This document shows, piece after piece, positions 8,344 to 21,803 of a DNA stretch of 64,000 nt. The position numbers were made by a program, and so were the translations under genes. Source of the stretch: an uncultured Acidobacteriota bacterium (lineage in GTDB: Bacteria > Acidobacteriota > Thermoanaerobaculia > UBA5066 > Gp7-AA6); assembly GCA_963824165.1 (NCBI GenBank), contig CAWGOM010000017.1, positions 153,278 to 217,277 of the forward strand, in the 5' to 3' direction. Every line of letters begins with the position of its first letter. Within the stretch, counting starts at the first letter, position 1. The notes under the pieces were generated by a model. That model was not told the DNA's origin, did not search any database, and was given only the letters and a program-made list of their open reading frames with translations.

Positions 8344-10872
8344 CTAAAACGTCCGGCCGATCGAGAACGTGAAGCCGGAGGGCTTCTCGGTGAGGTAGCC
8401 GATCGGGAACCCGAACTGGTCGACCGGCTGGATCGGATTGAGGTTGAAGGCGTAGATGAAGCGCAGCGGCGCCTGAAAGATCGGAAGAAAGATCCGCAGC
8501 TCCGCACCGGCCGCCGCCCGGACGTTGCCGATGCCGATCGACTGCGTGTCGAAGTAGTTCTGGCCGACGTCGAAGAACGCCAGCAGCTTGGCCGGGCCAA
8601 TCTGGATGAACTGGTATTCGACGTTGAAGACGAAGAACTTGTTGCCGCCCAGGATGCGCCCGAGCGGGTCGGTGAAGACCTCGTAGGTGTCGGGGTTGAC
8701 CGGCACCACGGCGCCCTGCTGGAACCCGCGCAGGCTCTGTTCGCCGCCGAGCTGGAACCGCTCGAAAATCGGGATCTCGATCTGGTTCAGCGCCGCGACG
8801 TAGCCGAGCTCCAGATTGAGGGCGAGCAGGGCGTTGCGCGGAATCCGCACCGGGATGTAGATCGTGCCGCCGCCGATCGCCTTGATGAAGGAGCTCGTGC
8901 CGCCCAGGAACGAGGGCGCGAGCTGGACCGAGGCCGAAAGTCGGAAGCCCCGCGTGGGATCGAACGGGTCGTTCCGGCTGTCGTACCGGTAACCGGGCGT
9001 GAACGACGAGGTCGTGCCCGTCGTCTCCGTGAACTTCTGCGGCGGCGGGGACTGGCCCGGCGGCGTCGGGGCGCTGCGCACGGGGAAGTTGGCCGTGATG
9101 TCCTCGTACGCGTAGAGGAGCGAGACGGAGTCGAAGAGCGACAGGCCCTTGCCGTAGAAGATCGAGCCGCCGGTCCGCTGCTCCTCCTGCGAGAGGTAGT
9201 TGACGTTTCGGCGGAAGAGGGCCGCGCCCACGGACTGGTTCTTGTCCATGAACCAGGGGATCGTGTACGAGACGTCGAAGAAGTTGGACACCTTGCCGAG
9301 CTGGGCGGAGGCCCCGATGATCTCCCCGCGGCCGAGGAAATTGCGCGTCTGGAAGGAGAACTGCCCGAAGAACCCGTCGAAGCCCGAATAGCCGGCTCCG
9401 AACTGGATCTCGTTGCGCGAGGTCTCCTGCCCCTTGATCGTGATGTCCACCTTCTTGTCCTCGGGGCGGACCGCGAACTCGGGCTCCTCGGTCATCTTGA
9501 AGTAGCCGAGCTGCTGGATCTTGGTGACGCTCCTCTTGACGGCGTCCATGTCCATGACGTCGCCTTCGTCGAGGGCGAACTCCCGCCGGATGACCTTGTC
9601 GCGCGTCTGGGTGTTCCCCTGGACCTCGAGCCGGCCGAGGTAGAACTTCTCGCCCTCGAAGATCGCGACCTCGATGTCGACCTTGTGGTCGCCGACCTCC
9701 TTGAACACGGGATTCGGGTACGAGTAGATGTATCCGCGCGACTTGTACATCGATTCGATCGCCATGAGCCCTTCGATGATCCGGTCGCGGTTCAGGACCG
9801 TTCCGGGTTTCAGCTCCCAGAACGGGCCCATGAGCTCGCCGGAGGAGAACACCGTGGGCTGGCCCGATTCGGTCGGCTGCCCGTTCTGCTGCACGGCGAC
9901 GATTCGGATCTCGTTCGTGTAGAAGAGGTCCCCCTCCACGACCGGGATCGTGATCCGCACCCGCCGCTTGAGCTTTTCGGGCTTCGCGTCGGGGTTGGCG
10001 ACGTAGACGTCGAGCGCCGGGTCCTTGACGACGATGTCCTTGTATCCCCGGGCCTGGTAGACGCCCTTGATGCTCTCGACGTCGGCCTCGTAGTTGGCCT
10101 GGCTGTAGGTCGTGTTCTCCGACAGGAACCGCCAGAAGACCGCGACCTTCGTCTTCGTCATCGCGTTGCGCAGGGTCTGCGAGGAGACGTGCGTGTTTCC
10201 GGTGAACTCGATCGACTCGATCTTGACCTTGTCCCCCTCGTCGATGAGGAAGATGACCTTCTTCTCGGTCTTGGAGAGGTCCTCGATCCGGTAGTCGACC
10301 GTGGCGCTGCGAAAGCCCTGGGAGAGATACGCATCGGCGATGGTGGCGCGCGCCCGCGCGATGTCGCGCAGCGACAGCGGCGCGCCCGCCTTGACCTCCG
10401 TCTTGGCCTCCTTCAGGACGTCGCGGATCTGGGTCGAGGTCAACTTCTTGTTCCCGGTGAACTCGACTTCCTTGATGAGCGGCCGCTCTTCGATCGTGAC
10501 CACGAGGGTCACGCCCGCCGGCTCGCGTTCCGCTTCGATCCTCACGTTCTCGAGCAGGCCGACGTCCCAGAGGGCGTGGAAGTTCGCGCGGATCTTCGCC
10601 GGATCGTACGGATCCCCGACCTTGATGCCGAGGTAGTGGGCGATGGTGTCCGGCGACACCGTCTGGTAGCCGACGACGCGGATGCCGAGGATCGGTTCGC
10701 CCGCGACCGCGGCGCCGGGCGGCGGGGTGAGGACCTCGGCGGGAGGCGCGGCCGGGGCTTCGGCCGGGGGTGGAATGGGGATCGGAGGCGGGACCGGCTC
10801 CTGGGCCAGCGCCGCCCCAAGACTCATCGCCGCCGCGGTGAGGACCGCGGCCATCCAAGGCCCCCGACGCAA
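8344..10872 (-). CDS. bamA: Outer membrane protein assembly factor BamA (start may be ATG 10854)
   Basis: POTRA repeats ([19 protein letters not shown]), barrel [13 protein letters not shown]-terminal FSIGRTF. Confidence 0.95.
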   Translation of the reverse strand: MRRGPWMAAVLTAAAMSLGAALAQEPVPPPIPIPPPAEAPAAPPAEVLTPPPGAAVAGEPILGIRVVGYQTVSPDTIAHYLGIKVGDPYDPAKIRANFHALWDVGLLENVRIEAEREPAGVTLVVTIEERPLIKEVEFTGNKKLTSTQIRDVLKEAKTEVKAGAPLSLRDIARARATIADAYLSQGFRSATVDYRIEDLSKTEKKVIFLIDEGDKVKIESIEFTGNTHVSSQTLRNAMTKTKVAVFWRFLSENTTYSQANYEADVESIKGVYQARGYKDIVVKDPALDVYVANPDAKPEKLKRRVRITIPVVEGDLFYTNEIRIVAVQQNGQPTESGQPTVFSSGELMGPFWELKPGTVLNRDRIIEGLMAIESMYKSRGYIYSYPNPVFKEVGDHKVDIEVAIFEGEKFYLGRLEVQGNTQTRDKVIRREFALDEGDVMDMDAVKRSVTKIQQLGYFKMTEEPEFAVRPEDKKVDITIKGQETSRNEIQFGAGYSGFDGFFGQFSFQTRNFLGRGEIIGASAQLGKVSNFFDVSYTIPWFMDKNQSVGAALFRRNVNYLSQEEQRTGGSIFYGKGLSLFDSVSLLYAYEDITANFPVRSAPTPPGQSPPPQKFTETTGTTSSFTPGYRYDSRNDPFDPTRGFRLSASVQLAPSFLGGTSSFIKAIGGGTIYIPVRIPRNALLALNLELGYVAALNQIEIPIFERFQLGGEQSLRGFQQGAVVPVNPDTYEVFTDPLGRILGGNKFFVFNVEYQFIQIGPAKLLAFFDVGQNYFDTQSIGIGNVRAAAGAELRIFLPIFQAPLRFIYAFNLNPIQPVDQFGFPIGYLTEKPSGFTFSIGRTF

Positions 10873-10876
10873 GCGC

Positions 10877-13312
10877 TCAGCGCCCCTGAGTGATCGGCTC
10901 GTCTTCGCGAGCCGTCACGCGCAACCCCTCGGGCCCGACCCGCACCTCGATCGCCTCGATCCGCCCCTCGCGGGCCGCGATCAGGAGCTCCGACACCGGG
11001 TCCTCGACGTGCTTCTGGATGGCGCGGCGCAGGGGCCGCGCGCCCATGTTCGGGTCCTCGCCGCTCTGGGCGAGAAGCCACTCGATCGCGGCGTCGTCGA
11101 TGTCGATGACGGCGCCCTTCGAGGCGATCGTGGTGTTGACGTCGTCGATGAGGAGCCGGCAGATCTTCGCCAGGTCCGGCCGGGCGAGCGGGTGGAACAC
11201 GATGATGTCGTCGATCCGGTTGATGAACTCCGGCGAGAAGTCGCGCCGCAGCTCCTTCAGGACCAGGTCCTCGATCTCCTTGTTGGTCTGCGTCTCCCGG
11301 CTGCCGCCGAATCCGACGCGCGTCCGGTTGACGAGGTGCTTGGTCCCGATGTTGGACGTCATGATGATCAGCGTGTTCTTGAAGTCCACCACGTTTCCGT
11401 AGGCGTCCGTCAGGATCCCGTCCTCGAGGATCTGAAGCAGCAGGTTGGCGATGTCCGGGTGCGCCTTCTCGATCTCGTCGAAGAGGATCACGCTGTACGG
11501 ATTGCGGCGGATCCGCTCGGTGAGCTGGCCGCCCTCCTCGTGCCCGACGTAACCCGGGGGCGAACCGATCAGCTTCGAGACCGCGTGCTTCTCCATGTAC
11601 TCCGACATGTCGAAGCGAACGAGCGACTTCGGGTTCTCGAACATGAACTCCGCCAGGCGCCGCGCGACCTCCGTCTTCCCGACGCCGGAGGGACCGAGGA
11701 AGATGAAGGAGCCCATCGGGCGATTGGGGTTGTTGACGCCGAGACGCGAGCGCCGGATCGCCTTGGACACGCCGATGATCGCGGCGTCCTGGCCGACGAT
11801 CCGGCGGCGCAGGGCGTCCTCCATGTGGAGGAGCTTCTCGGCCTCCTCCATCTCGAGCGAGGCGACCGGGATCCCCGTCCAGGACGAGATGATCTCCTCG
11901 ATGTCGCGTCGCGTGACTTCCTGCGTGGCCTCGCTCTTCTCCGCCGACTGGGCCTTGGCCCGCTCGATCTCCTCCTTGAGCTCGATCTCGCGCTCGCGGA
12001 GAAAGACCGCCTTCTCGAAATCCTTGTCCGAGATCGCCTTCTTCATCTCCTTGACGATCTGGCGGATCTCGAGCTCGAGCTTGCGCAGGTTCTGCGTGTC
12101 GGCCACGCGCTTCAGCTTCACCTTCGCCCCGGCCTCGTCGAGGATGTCGATCGCCTTGTCCGGGAAGAAGCGGTCGGTGATGTAGCGGTTGGACTGGTAG
12201 ACCGCGGTCTTGATCGCCTCGGCCGAGTACCGGACCTTGTGGAACTGCTCGTACCGGTCCTTGACGCCCTCGAGGATCTCGAAGGTCTCGTTCTCCGGAC
12301 GGCGCCGTGACGTGGATCGCCTGGAACCGGCGCAGGAGGCTGCGGTCCTTCTCGATGTACTTGCGGTACTCCTTGAGCGTCGTCGCGCCGATGCAGGAGA
12401 CCTCGCCGCGCGACAGCGCGGGCTTGAGGATGTTGGCGGCGTCGAGCGACCCCTCGGCCGAGCCCGCGCCGATCAGCGAGTGGATCTCGTCGATGAAGAT
12501 GATGAGGTCCGGGTTCTCGCGCAGCTCCCGGATGATCCCCTTCAGCCGCTCCTCGAACTGGCCGCGGTACTTCGTCCCCGCGACGATGAGCGACAGGTCG
12601 AGGGCGAGGATCTTCTTCGACGAGCAGGAACATCGGCACCGCGCCCTCGACGATCCGGGTCGCGAGACCCTCGACGATCGCGGTCTTGCCGACGCCCGGC
12701 TCGCCGAGGAGGATCGGGTTGTTCTTGGTCCGGCGCGAGAGGATCTGGATGATCCGCTCGACTTCCTTGTCGCGGCCGATCAGCGGGTCGAAGCGTCCCG
12801 GTGCCCGCGAGCTGCGTCAGGTCGCGGCTGTACTCGGCCAGGAACGGGAGCTCCTTCTTCTGCTTGGAGACCTCGCGCTCCTTGATGAGCGAGATCGTCT
12901 CCTCGCGCACCCCGTAGAGGTTGAAGCCGCGGGCGGCGAGCAGCCGCCCCGCCACGCAGCCGTCGACGCGGAGGAGCCCGATCAGCAGGTGCTCGGTGCC
13001 GACGTAGGGGTGCATCATCGACTCGGCCTCGTGCGAGGCGTAGGCGAGGATCTTCTTGGACTCCTCGGACAGGGGCAGCTCGGCCGTCGAGGAGATCCGC
13101 TCGACGAAGATCCGGTCGCCCTCGATCTCCCGGCGGACGTCCTCCGGCTTGACGTTGAACCGGGCGAAGATCTCCTTGATGACGTCCTCGCCCTCGCGGA
13201 GGATCCCGAGGAGCAGGTGCTCGGACTCGATCACCTTGGAGCCGAGCTTGGAGGCCTCGTACCGGGCGAAGAAGAGCGCCCGGCGCGCTTTCTCGTTGTA
13301 CTTCTCAAACAT
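10877..13312 (-). CDS. clpC: ATP-dependent Clp protease ATP-binding subunit, ClpC-like; apparent frameshifts near 12300, 12620 and 12800
   Basis: [20 protein letters not shown] Clp-N domain; GEPGVGKT; [11 protein letters not shown]; [23 protein letters not shown]; pieces in several frames. Confidence 0.88.
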
Positions 13313-13372
13313 GGAAGGAGCCTGTCGCCGAGCGAGTTTTGTGGTGGAAAGCCATCGAGCGAAGTCTCCGGA

Positions 13373-14077
13373 CTAGCCTCGCTCTGGCAAACCGGGCGAC
13401 GGAGTAATTCCTTCCCGGGACATCGTGAAAAGTCTATCACAGCGATTCGCCAGATCCGGGTTGTGCGTGACGAGAACCGTCGTCATTCCCCGCTCGGCGT
13501 GAAGCTCCCGCAGCAGGACGAACACGGTCTGCGCCGACGCCGCGTCCAGATTGCCCGTGGGCTCGTCGGCCAGGAGCAGGCCGGGGCCGCGCGCGAGCGC
13601 GCGGGCGATCGCGACGCGCTGCTGCTCGCCGCCCGAGAGGGCGCGCGCGCCGTGGTCCCGCCGGGCGCCGAGGCCCACGCGCTCGAGGAGCTCGCCGGCC
13701 CGGCGACGCGCCTCCCCTTCCGGGACTCCGGCGATCCGGTGCGGCATCGCGACGTTCTCCTCCGCGGTGAACTCCGGCAGCAGGTGGTGAAACTGGAAGA
13801 CGAACCCCACCTTCGCGTTACGGAACCGGGCGCGCTCGCGCGGCGAGAGCTTCTCGAGCGCCTGGCCGAAGATCTCGACTCTGCCCGGAGTCGGGCCGGT
13901 CGATCCCGCCCACCAGGTGCAGGAGCGTCGACTTGCCGACGCCGGACGGGCCCCATCACCGCGGCGAACGTCCCCGCGGAGAGCTCGAAGGAGAGCCCCG
14001 AGAAGACCGTCACCGGCGCGCCCTTCGCCGGTGTAGGTCTTCGACAGGTTCTCGGCCCGGATCGCGAGCATGCTCAT
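13373..14077 (-). CDS. lolD: Lipoprotein-releasing ABC transporter ATP-binding protein (frameshifted)
   Basis: [46 protein letters not shown]; Walker A region broken by indels. Confidence 0.85.
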   Translation of the reverse strand: MSMLAIRAENLSKTYTGEGRAGDGLLGALLRALRGDVRRGDGARPASASRRSCTWWAGSTGPTPGRVEIFGQALEKLSPRERARFRNAKVGFVFQFHHLLPEFTAEENVAMPHRIAGVPEGEARRRAGELLERVGLGARRDHGARALSGGEQQRVAIARALARGPGLLLADEPTGNLDAASAQTVFVLLRELHAERGMTTVLVTHNPDLANRCDRLFTMSREGITPSPGLPERG

Positions 14078-15253
14078 CGCGAGAGCCGGATCGCCTCGCC
14101 CGGCGCCAGGCGCGCCGCCGCCCGCGCGGGAAGCACCGCCGCGCGCGAGCGCGGTGGCGACGGCGAAGGCGGCGCAGGCGGCGACCTCGCCCGGATGGAT
14201 GGCGAAGGGCACGTGCGAGATCATGTACACGTCGGACGGGAGCGGAACGAGCCGGAACCGGTCCGCGGCCACCGACAGGCCGATGCCGACGGCCACGCCC
14301 GCGGCGGTGCCGACGAGGCCGATGGCCGCCCCGAGCGTCAGGTAGATCCGCACCAGCGCACCCGGCGCGGCCCCCATGGACGTCAGCACGCCGAGGTCCC
14401 GCTTCTTCTCGACGACCGTCAGCGCGATCGACGCCACGATGTTGAGCGCCGCGACCACGATGACGAGGCCGACGGTGACGAAGATGACGGCCTTCTCCAG
14501 GCGCAGCGCGAAGGCGAGCGGGGCGTTCCGGTCCCGCCAGGTCTCGACCCGGTAGCCCGGAGGCAGCGCCGCCCGGACGGCTGCCGCGGCGCCCTCGGCG
14601 CGCGTCGGGTCGGCGAGACGGGCCTCGTAGGCGAAGGCGCCCGGCGCCGACCCCGGACAGGAGGCGCGCCGTATCCGGCGACACCTCGACCTCGGCCGAC
14701 TTCTCGAGGGCGCTCGAGCCGCGGACGCTCGCGACCGCGAGCACGACCGAGACCGGGATCGGGCCGACCGGCGAAAGCCGCGTTCGCGCGGAGGTCACGC
14801 GCATCAGGTCGCCGGCCGCCAGGTGGAGCCGCGCGGCGAGCGGCCGGGCGATGACCGCGCCGGGAAGCTCCTCGGCCTCCGGCCCCGGCGAGGCGCCGTT
14901 GCGGAAGCGGACCGGGTAGCTCGACCCGCCTTCGAGGTCGGAGGCCCAGCCGCGCCCCTCGAGGACGGCGGTGACGCCGGCGGCCCCCGGCGCGGCTTCG
15001 AGCGCGCGCCGCACCGCCTCCGGGTCGGTCAGCAGCGCTCCCCGGTCGGGCGACACGGTCAGGTGGGCCGTGCGCTCCATCATCTGCCTCCGGATGCGGT
15101 CCTGGAACCCGGACAGGAGCGCGAGCGACACGATCAGGGCCGCGACCCCGACCGCGAGGCCCACGATCGAGATCGTCGCGATCAGGGCCACGTGCGCCCG
15201 CCGCCGGGAGGCGGCGAGGTAGCGCAGCGCGACGAACGTCTCGAACCGCGCCG

Positions 15254-15257
<4 letters not shown>
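14074..15257 (-). CDS. Lipoprotein-releasing ABC permease LolC/E family (single gene, frameshifted)
   Basis: [11 protein letters not shown]...[23 protein letters not shown]; [24 protein letters not shown]; lies between lysS and lolD. Confidence 0.85.
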
Positions 15258-16793
<1,536 letters not shown>

Positions 16794-16821
16794 CGGAGCG
16801 GAGTATACGGGGGGCGGGATC

Positions 16822-18339
16822 CTACGGGCGCGGGTCGCGGCGCTCGCTGCGGGGCGAGTCCTGCATGAGCCACAGGTCGGCTGTGGCGCGCAGGAGCCGG
16901 AAGCGCGTGCGGGTCCAGGCGCGGATCTCCTCGGAGGAGCTGACCGCCTCGGCCTCGTCGACGACGCTCGTGAGCGCGGCGTCGAGCAGCGGCACGCGGC
17001 CGAGGGTCGCACGGGCGGCCCGCAGGGTCTCCGCGGGCGGCTCTCCCGGCGCCGAGCCGCGCAGGGACTCCGTCTCCTCTTCGGCCTTCAGGCGCAGGGC
17101 CACCGCGCGCAGCAGCAGTCGGTCCCGGTCGGTGGGCGCCTGCCCTCCGGCCGCGACCGCGCGCCGCGCGGCCTTGAGCTCCCATCGCTCCAGCCGCAGG
17201 TGCTCGAGCCCGGCGATGTCCGTGCGCAGCGCGCCGGTGCCGTCGTCGTAGAGCTCCACGGCGCCGAGCACGCGGTCGACGCACGGTTTCCAGAACGCGT
17301 CGTCGTCGGCGTCGGACTCGACCTCCTCGACGAGGCTCAGGACCTCGTCGATGTCCTCGGCCGCGAGCCCCGTGAGCTCGAACCGCCCGAGCACGTCGCC
17401 GATGGCCGCCTTCAGCTCGACCACCTGGAGCGCCTTGAGGTTCGAGTCGCGCGACTGGCGTTCGTAGCGCTGCCGCGACTCGTGGAACTTCCGGAACTCG
17501 TCGGCCGTGGGCACCTCGAGGCCGCCGCGCGTCAGCTCCTTCTCGAGGTCGCCGATGCGCTCGGTCGCCTCGTCGAGCCGCTGCTCCTCACGCTCGTAGA
17601 GCCGATGGAAGACGGAGCGCGTGCGCAGGTTGCACGAGGCCACGGCCGTGAGCACCTCGGGGTGCGCGAGGCCGCCCCCGACCTGGCGCTTCAGCGTCCG
17701 CACGTTCTGAAGGAGCTTGGCCGTGACGAGGTCCTCGAACTCCTGCGCGCGCGTCATCTCCGAGGCGAGGTCGTCGAAGGCCCGGGCGATCGTCGGCGCC
17801 GTCTCGGGGTCGACCCTCGGCCAGACGGAGGTCGCCGTCGCGGACTCGAGGAACTTCCGCACGTCCGGGCGCGGCCGGTTCGACGAACGGTCGCCTCCCT
17901 GGCCGGCGGCCAGGACGGTCGCCAGGAAGTCCACCTTGTCCACGACGTCCTCGTCGACGTCGGGCTGCGAGAAGTAGAAGCGCAGGAGATGGAAGGCGAT
18001 TTTCTCGTCCTGCGGCTGCACCTTTTCGAAGAAACGCCGAACGTAGGACGGCGAGATGTGCCGGTCGGCCTCGCGGAGCTTGCGTGAGAAGGCGTCGAGC
18101 CGCTCGGCGAGCTCGCGGATGCGCGGGGCGACCTTCTCGGGCGACGTCGTGTCGATCGCTCCGGCCACCGCACGGACGTCGTCGTAGAGCTTCGAAAAGT
18201 CGAGCGCGTAGGCCGGCTCGGAGGCGAAGAAGGTCTTCTGGACGCCACGCATGAACTGGTGGAACGTCCACAACGCCTTGAACCTCTCGGTCAGGCGAAT
18301 GTAGTCTTCGTGAAGAAGCTGGATTCGCTCGACGGACAT
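16822..18339 (-). CDS. Hypothetical helical protein, 505 aa
   Basis: Intact ORF with host-like codon use; -10-like TAGACT upstream; no domain recognised. Confidence 0.75.
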   Translation of the reverse strand: MSVERIQLLHEDYIRLTERFKALWTFHQFMRGVQKTFFASEPAYALDFSKLYDDVRAVAGAIDTTSPEKVAPRIRELAERLDAFSRKLREADRHISPSYVRRFFEKVQPQDEKIAFHLLRFYFSQPDVDEDVVDKVDFLATVLAAGQGGDRSSNRPRPDVRKFLESATATSVWPRVDPETAPTIARAFDDLASEMTRAQEFEDLVTAKLLQNVRTLKRQVGGGLAHPEVLTAVASCNLRTRSVFHRLYEREEQRLDEATERIGDLEKELTRGGLEVPTADEFRKFHESRQRYERQSRDSNLKALQVVELKAAIGDVLGRFELTGLAAEDIDEVLSLVEEVESDADDDAFWKPCVDRVLGAVELYDDGTGALRTDIAGLEHLRLERWELKAARRAVAAGGQAPTDRDRLLLRAVALRLKAEEETESLRGSAPGEPPAETLRAARATLGRVPLLDAALTSVVDEAEAVSSSEEIRAWTRTRFRLLRATADLWLMQDSPRSERRDPRP

Positions 18340-18389
18340 CGTCTTGTTTCCGCGGTTCCAGCTAGTCTAGCGCGGAACGGAGGCCCGGG

Positions 18390-18770
18390 ATGAAAACCAT
18401 AGCGACCGAGGGCGCCCCGAAGGCGATCGGCCCGTACGCGCAGGCGGTCGCCGACGGCGGCTTCCTGTTCACGTCCGGGCAGGTTCCCCTGGACCCGGCG
18501 ACGGGAGAGCTGGTGACCGGCGGATTCGAGGCCGGCGTCGAGCGCGTCTTCGACAACCTCGAGGCCGTCCTCCGGGCGGGCGGCGCCACGCTCCAGGACG
18601 TCGTGAAGGCGACCGTCTACCTTCTCCGGATGTCCGACTTCGCCGCGATGAACGCGGTCTACGGGCGCCGGTTCGGTAACCATCGTCCCGCCCGGTCGAC
18701 GGTCGCGGTCGCCGAGCTGCCCAAGGGCGCGGCCGTCGAGATCGACCTCGTGGCCCGCCTGAAGGGCTGA
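18390..18770 (+). CDS. ridA: RidA/YjgF family enamine deaminase
   Basis: APKAIGPYAQAV, FTSGQVPLDP, PARSTVAVAELPKGAAVEID; SD GGAGG. Confidence 0.9.
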   Translation: MKTIATEGAPKAIGPYAQAVADGGFLFTSGQVPLDPATGELVTGGFEAGVERVFDNLEAVLRAGGATLQDVVKATVYLLRMSDFAAMNAVYGRRFGNHRPARSTVAVAELPKGAAVEIDLVARLKG

Positions 18771-18780
18771 CCCGGCGGTC

Positions 18781-19242
18781 CTAGGCCCAGAGGGCCAGGC
18801 CGGCGGACGCCGCCAGCCAGCCCAGGACGAGCACGCGCGTCGAGCGCCGGTGCAGCCGGTCGAAGCGCGCCCGGAACGGATCCCCGGGCGGCGCGGCGTC
18901 GAACGACCCGACCTTCATCCGGAAGTAGTCCATCCGCGGCCGGAGCACCATCGCCAGATAGACGTTCGTGGCGATCGCGACGAAGATCCCGACCGCCCCG
19001 GCCGCCGCCCGGCCGTGCAACACGAGGCCGCGCTCGAGGGCGACGAAGACGCCGATCACCAGCGCCAGCGAGAGGACCTGCTTCACGATCTCGAAACGCC
19101 GCAGGATCTCGCCGAAGACGCCGCCGGCCGCGTCCCGGGATGCGATCTTCCCGAAGACGACCGGAGCCGCGATGACGACGAGGAGGGTCCCGCCAACCCA
19201 CAGGGCCAGCGCGAACCGGACGACGAGAGCGGGCAGATCCAA
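18781..19242 (-). CDS. DUF4149/TMEM205-like membrane protein
   Basis: LWVGGTL..VIAAPVVF, four TM segments, RFDRLHRRST. Confidence 0.7.
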   Translation of the reverse strand: MDLPALVVRFALALWVGGTLLVVIAAPVVFGKIASRDAAGGVFGEILRRFEIVKQVLSLALVIGVFVALERGLVLHGRAAAGAVGIFVAIATNVYLAMVLRPRMDYFRMKVGSFDAAPPGDPFRARFDRLHRRSTRVLVLGWLAASAGLALWA

Positions 19243-19268
19243 GCCGCCGGAGTTTATATGCTGCCCCC

Positions 19269-20723
19269 GTGCCGCGCCCCTTCCGGTGGACCCTCGCCGC
19301 GATCGTCCTCGCCGGCTTCGCGCTCACGCTGCTCCACCTCGGCCGCTTCTCCTACTGGCTCGACGAGGTCCTGCAGACCTTCTGGATCAGCGGCGACTGG
19401 CCGTACTTCTGGAAGTCGCTGCGCTTCGACGCGGTCCACCCGCCGCTCGACTACATCGTCGACAAACTCCTCGAGTCCCTGCATCCGAGCGACGCCGCGC
19501 GCAAGCTCCTGCCCGCGTTCTGGGGCGCGGGCGGCGTGGCCGCGCTCGGCGTCCTGCTCGCCCGCCGCGGCGGGCCGACGCTCGGCCTGACCGGGGCCGC
19601 GCTCCTCGCCTTCGCGCCGTACCACGTCCGGTTCTCACAGGAGCTGCGCCCCTACTCTCTCGCGCTCTTTCTCCTCGTCCTCGCTCTGCTCGCCCTCGAC
19701 CGGTTCCTCGAGAGCCCGGGCGCGGGGCGCATGGCCGCGCTCTACCTCGCCTGCCTCGCGACGGCGTACACGCTCTACGCCGCCGGGGTCGTCCTCGCGA
19801 TCGCGGCGGCGGCCCTGCTCGCGGAGGACGCCCTCTCGGGGGCGCCGCGGCGCCGCCGCCCTGCGCGCCGCTTCCTCGCGTGGAGCCCGCTCTTCGCCGC
19901 CGGGCTCGCGCTCGCGTACCTGCCCTGGTGGCCGGTCGTCCTCACCGCCATGCGCCGGCCGCCGATGGCGCCCCGGGCGCCGGCGACGCTCGAACGGGCG
20001 GACCGGGTGGCGTCCTTCTTCGCCTTCGCCTGGGACGACGGCGCGGCGCTTTCGGCGGGCGGATATTTCTTCCTCCTGCTCGTCGCCTGCGGCGTCTGGA
20101 TCGCGGCGGCGCGTCCGGGCCTGCGTTTCCTGGCCGTCTGGGCGCTCGGCGGCGTGGCCGCGATCGAGGCGCTCTCTCAGCTGCACCCCCACTTCGACGC
20201 GTCGCGGCGGTTCCTTCCGGCCGGACCGGCCATCGCGGCCCTGGCCGCCGCGAGCCTCGCCGCGATGCTGGCGCGGCCCGCCGCGAGGCTGCCCGGGGCT
20301 GCGCTGCTCGCCGCCGTGCTCGTGCTGGACGCGCGCGCGCTGCAGATCTACTTTCGCCAGGGCCGCACGGACTGGCGCCCCGTCGCCGAGTTTCTGCGAC
20401 GCGAGGCCGCGCCCTCCGAGCGCGTCTTCGCCGAGAACCAGCACGCGCAACTCTGCGTCGCGTACTACCTGGTCGGCCCTCGCTGGCTCTACGACGCGAT
20501 GGAGGGTCGTAATCCCCACCGCTCGGTGGTCAGCCTCGGAGGCGATCCCGGGATGCTCGCTCGGGCCTGGCGGCCGGGCGAGCGCGGCTGGCTCGTCCTC
20601 GCGGCGGGACCCGAGGATCCCGCCGTGCGCCGCTGGTCCGCGTCCTTTCCGACGGCAACGTTCTCCAGCGCGGGTGCGGCCATGGTTCGGCGACTCGATC
20701 CCGTCCTTCCCGGAGGGCGCTAA
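19269..20723 (+). CDS. GT-C fold membrane glycosyltransferase (family 39/PMT-like)
   Basis: FSYWLDE, DAVHPPLDY, SQELRPYSL motifs; multi-TM; C-terminal soluble domain. Confidence 0.8.
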   Translation: MPRPFRWTLAAIVLAGFALTLLHLGRFSYWLDEVLQTFWISGDWPYFWKSLRFDAVHPPLDYIVDKLLESLHPSDAARKLLPAFWGAGGVAALGVLLARRGGPTLGLTGAALLAFAPYHVRFSQELRPYSLALFLLVLALLALDRFLESPGAGRMAALYLACLATAYTLYAAGVVLAIAAAALLAEDALSGAPRRRRPARRFLAWSPLFAAGLALAYLPWWPVVLTAMRRPPMAPRAPATLERADRVASFFAFAWDDGAALSAGGYFFLLLVACGVWIAAARPGLRFLAVWALGGVAAIEALSQLHPHFDASRRFLPAGPAIAALAAASLAAMLARPAARLPGAALLAAVLVLDARALQIYFRQGRTDWRPVAEFLRREAAPSERVFAENQHAQLCVAYYLVGPRWLYDAMEGRNPHRSVVSLGGDPGMLARAWRPGERGWLVLAAGPEDPAVRRWSASFPTATFSSAGAAMVRRLDPVLPGGR

Positions 20724-20736
20724 GATCCCGTCTCCC

Positions 20737-21141
20737 ATGGATCCGGAGCTTTCCGCCGCGCTCGACGACCTCGTGCTCGGCCGCGGCGTCGGGCGGGGGC
20801 GCCACGACCTGCGCTGGAAGGGCCGGTCCGTCCGGAGCGAGCTCGAGGAGCGCCTGTCCGCCAACGGCTTCGCCCCGACGACGGTCCGGGACGCCGTGAT
20901 CGAGCCGGGCGAGCGCATCCCGGCCTTCTACCTGCACGGCGACACCGCCGATTTCGGCTGGCTCCGCTGGGAGATCTTCACGCCGCACAGCCGCCGCAGG
21001 CTCTTCGCGTCGGAGTATCGCCGTCCCGACAACCAGGAGTGGGCGGTGCAGCTGCCGCTCGCCTCGCCCGAGACGGTCTGGGCGAACGCCGCCGCGAAGG
21101 AGCGCCACGACGTCGACACCGTCGTGGCCGTGCACCCGTGA
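20737..21141 (+). CDS. Hypothetical protein, 134 aa
   Basis: ATG 20737; stop overlaps MBL start (GTGA); no domain recognised. Confidence 0.6.
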   Translation: MDPELSAALDDLVLGRGVGRGRHDLRWKGRSVRSELEERLSANGFAPTTVRDAVIEPGERIPAFYLHGDTADFGWLRWEIFTPHSRRRLFASEYRRPDNQEWAVQLPLASPETVWANAAAKERHDVDTVVAVHP

Positions 21142-21782
21142 CGGCCCCGCCCATCGTCGAGACCTTCCCCGTCGGTCCGCTGCAGTGCAACTGCACGGTG
21201 CTCGCCGACCCGGTCTCGCGCGAGGCGGTCGTCATCGACCCTGGCGACGAGCCCGGGCGCATCCTGAGGTCGCTCGAATCGATGAAGCTGACCCCCGTCG
21301 CTCTCCTCCACACGCACGCGCACCTCGATCACATCACCGCCTCGCGCGCGGTCAAGGAAGCCACCGGGGCGCCGATCCGCCTTCATCCCCTGGACCGCTC
21401 CCTCTACGACGCGCTGCCGGAACAGGCGGCGTTCTTCGGGCTGCGCGCCGAGAATCCCCTGCCGCCGGACGCGCCGCTCGCCGACGGCGAGATCGTCCGG
21501 TTCGGGCCGTACCGGCTGCGCGCGATCCACACGCCGGGCCACACCCCGGGCTCGACCTGCTTCCTGCTCGAAGGAGACGCGCCGACTCTCTTTTCCGGCG
21601 ACACGCTCTTCCGGCGCTCGATCGGCCGAACCGATCTCTGGGGCGGCGACCCCGATGCGATCCTCGCGTCGATCCGGGGCCGCCTCTTCCCGCTCGACGG
21701 CGACACGCCGGTCGTGTGCGGACACGGGCCGGAAACGACGATCGACGAAGAGAAGCGGCTCAACCCTTTCGCCGGGCTGTGA
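21138..21782 (+). CDS. MBL-fold metallo-hydrolase (glyoxalase II-like)
   Basis: VGPLQCNC, LLHTHAHLDHI, HTPGHTPGS, LFSGDTLF, CGHGPETT. Confidence 0.92.
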   Translation: MTAPPIVETFPVGPLQCNCTVLADPVSREAVVIDPGDEPGRILRSLESMKLTPVALLHTHAHLDHITASRAVKEATGAPIRLHPLDRSLYDALPEQAAFFGLRAENPLPPDAPLADGEIVRFGPYRLRAIHTPGHTPGSTCFLLEGDAPTLFSGDTLFRRSIGRTDLWGGDPDAILASIRGRLFPLDGDTPVVCGHGPETTIDEEKRLNPFAGL

Positions 21783-21803
21783 CCCGTTTATAATCGGCGG
21801 CCG

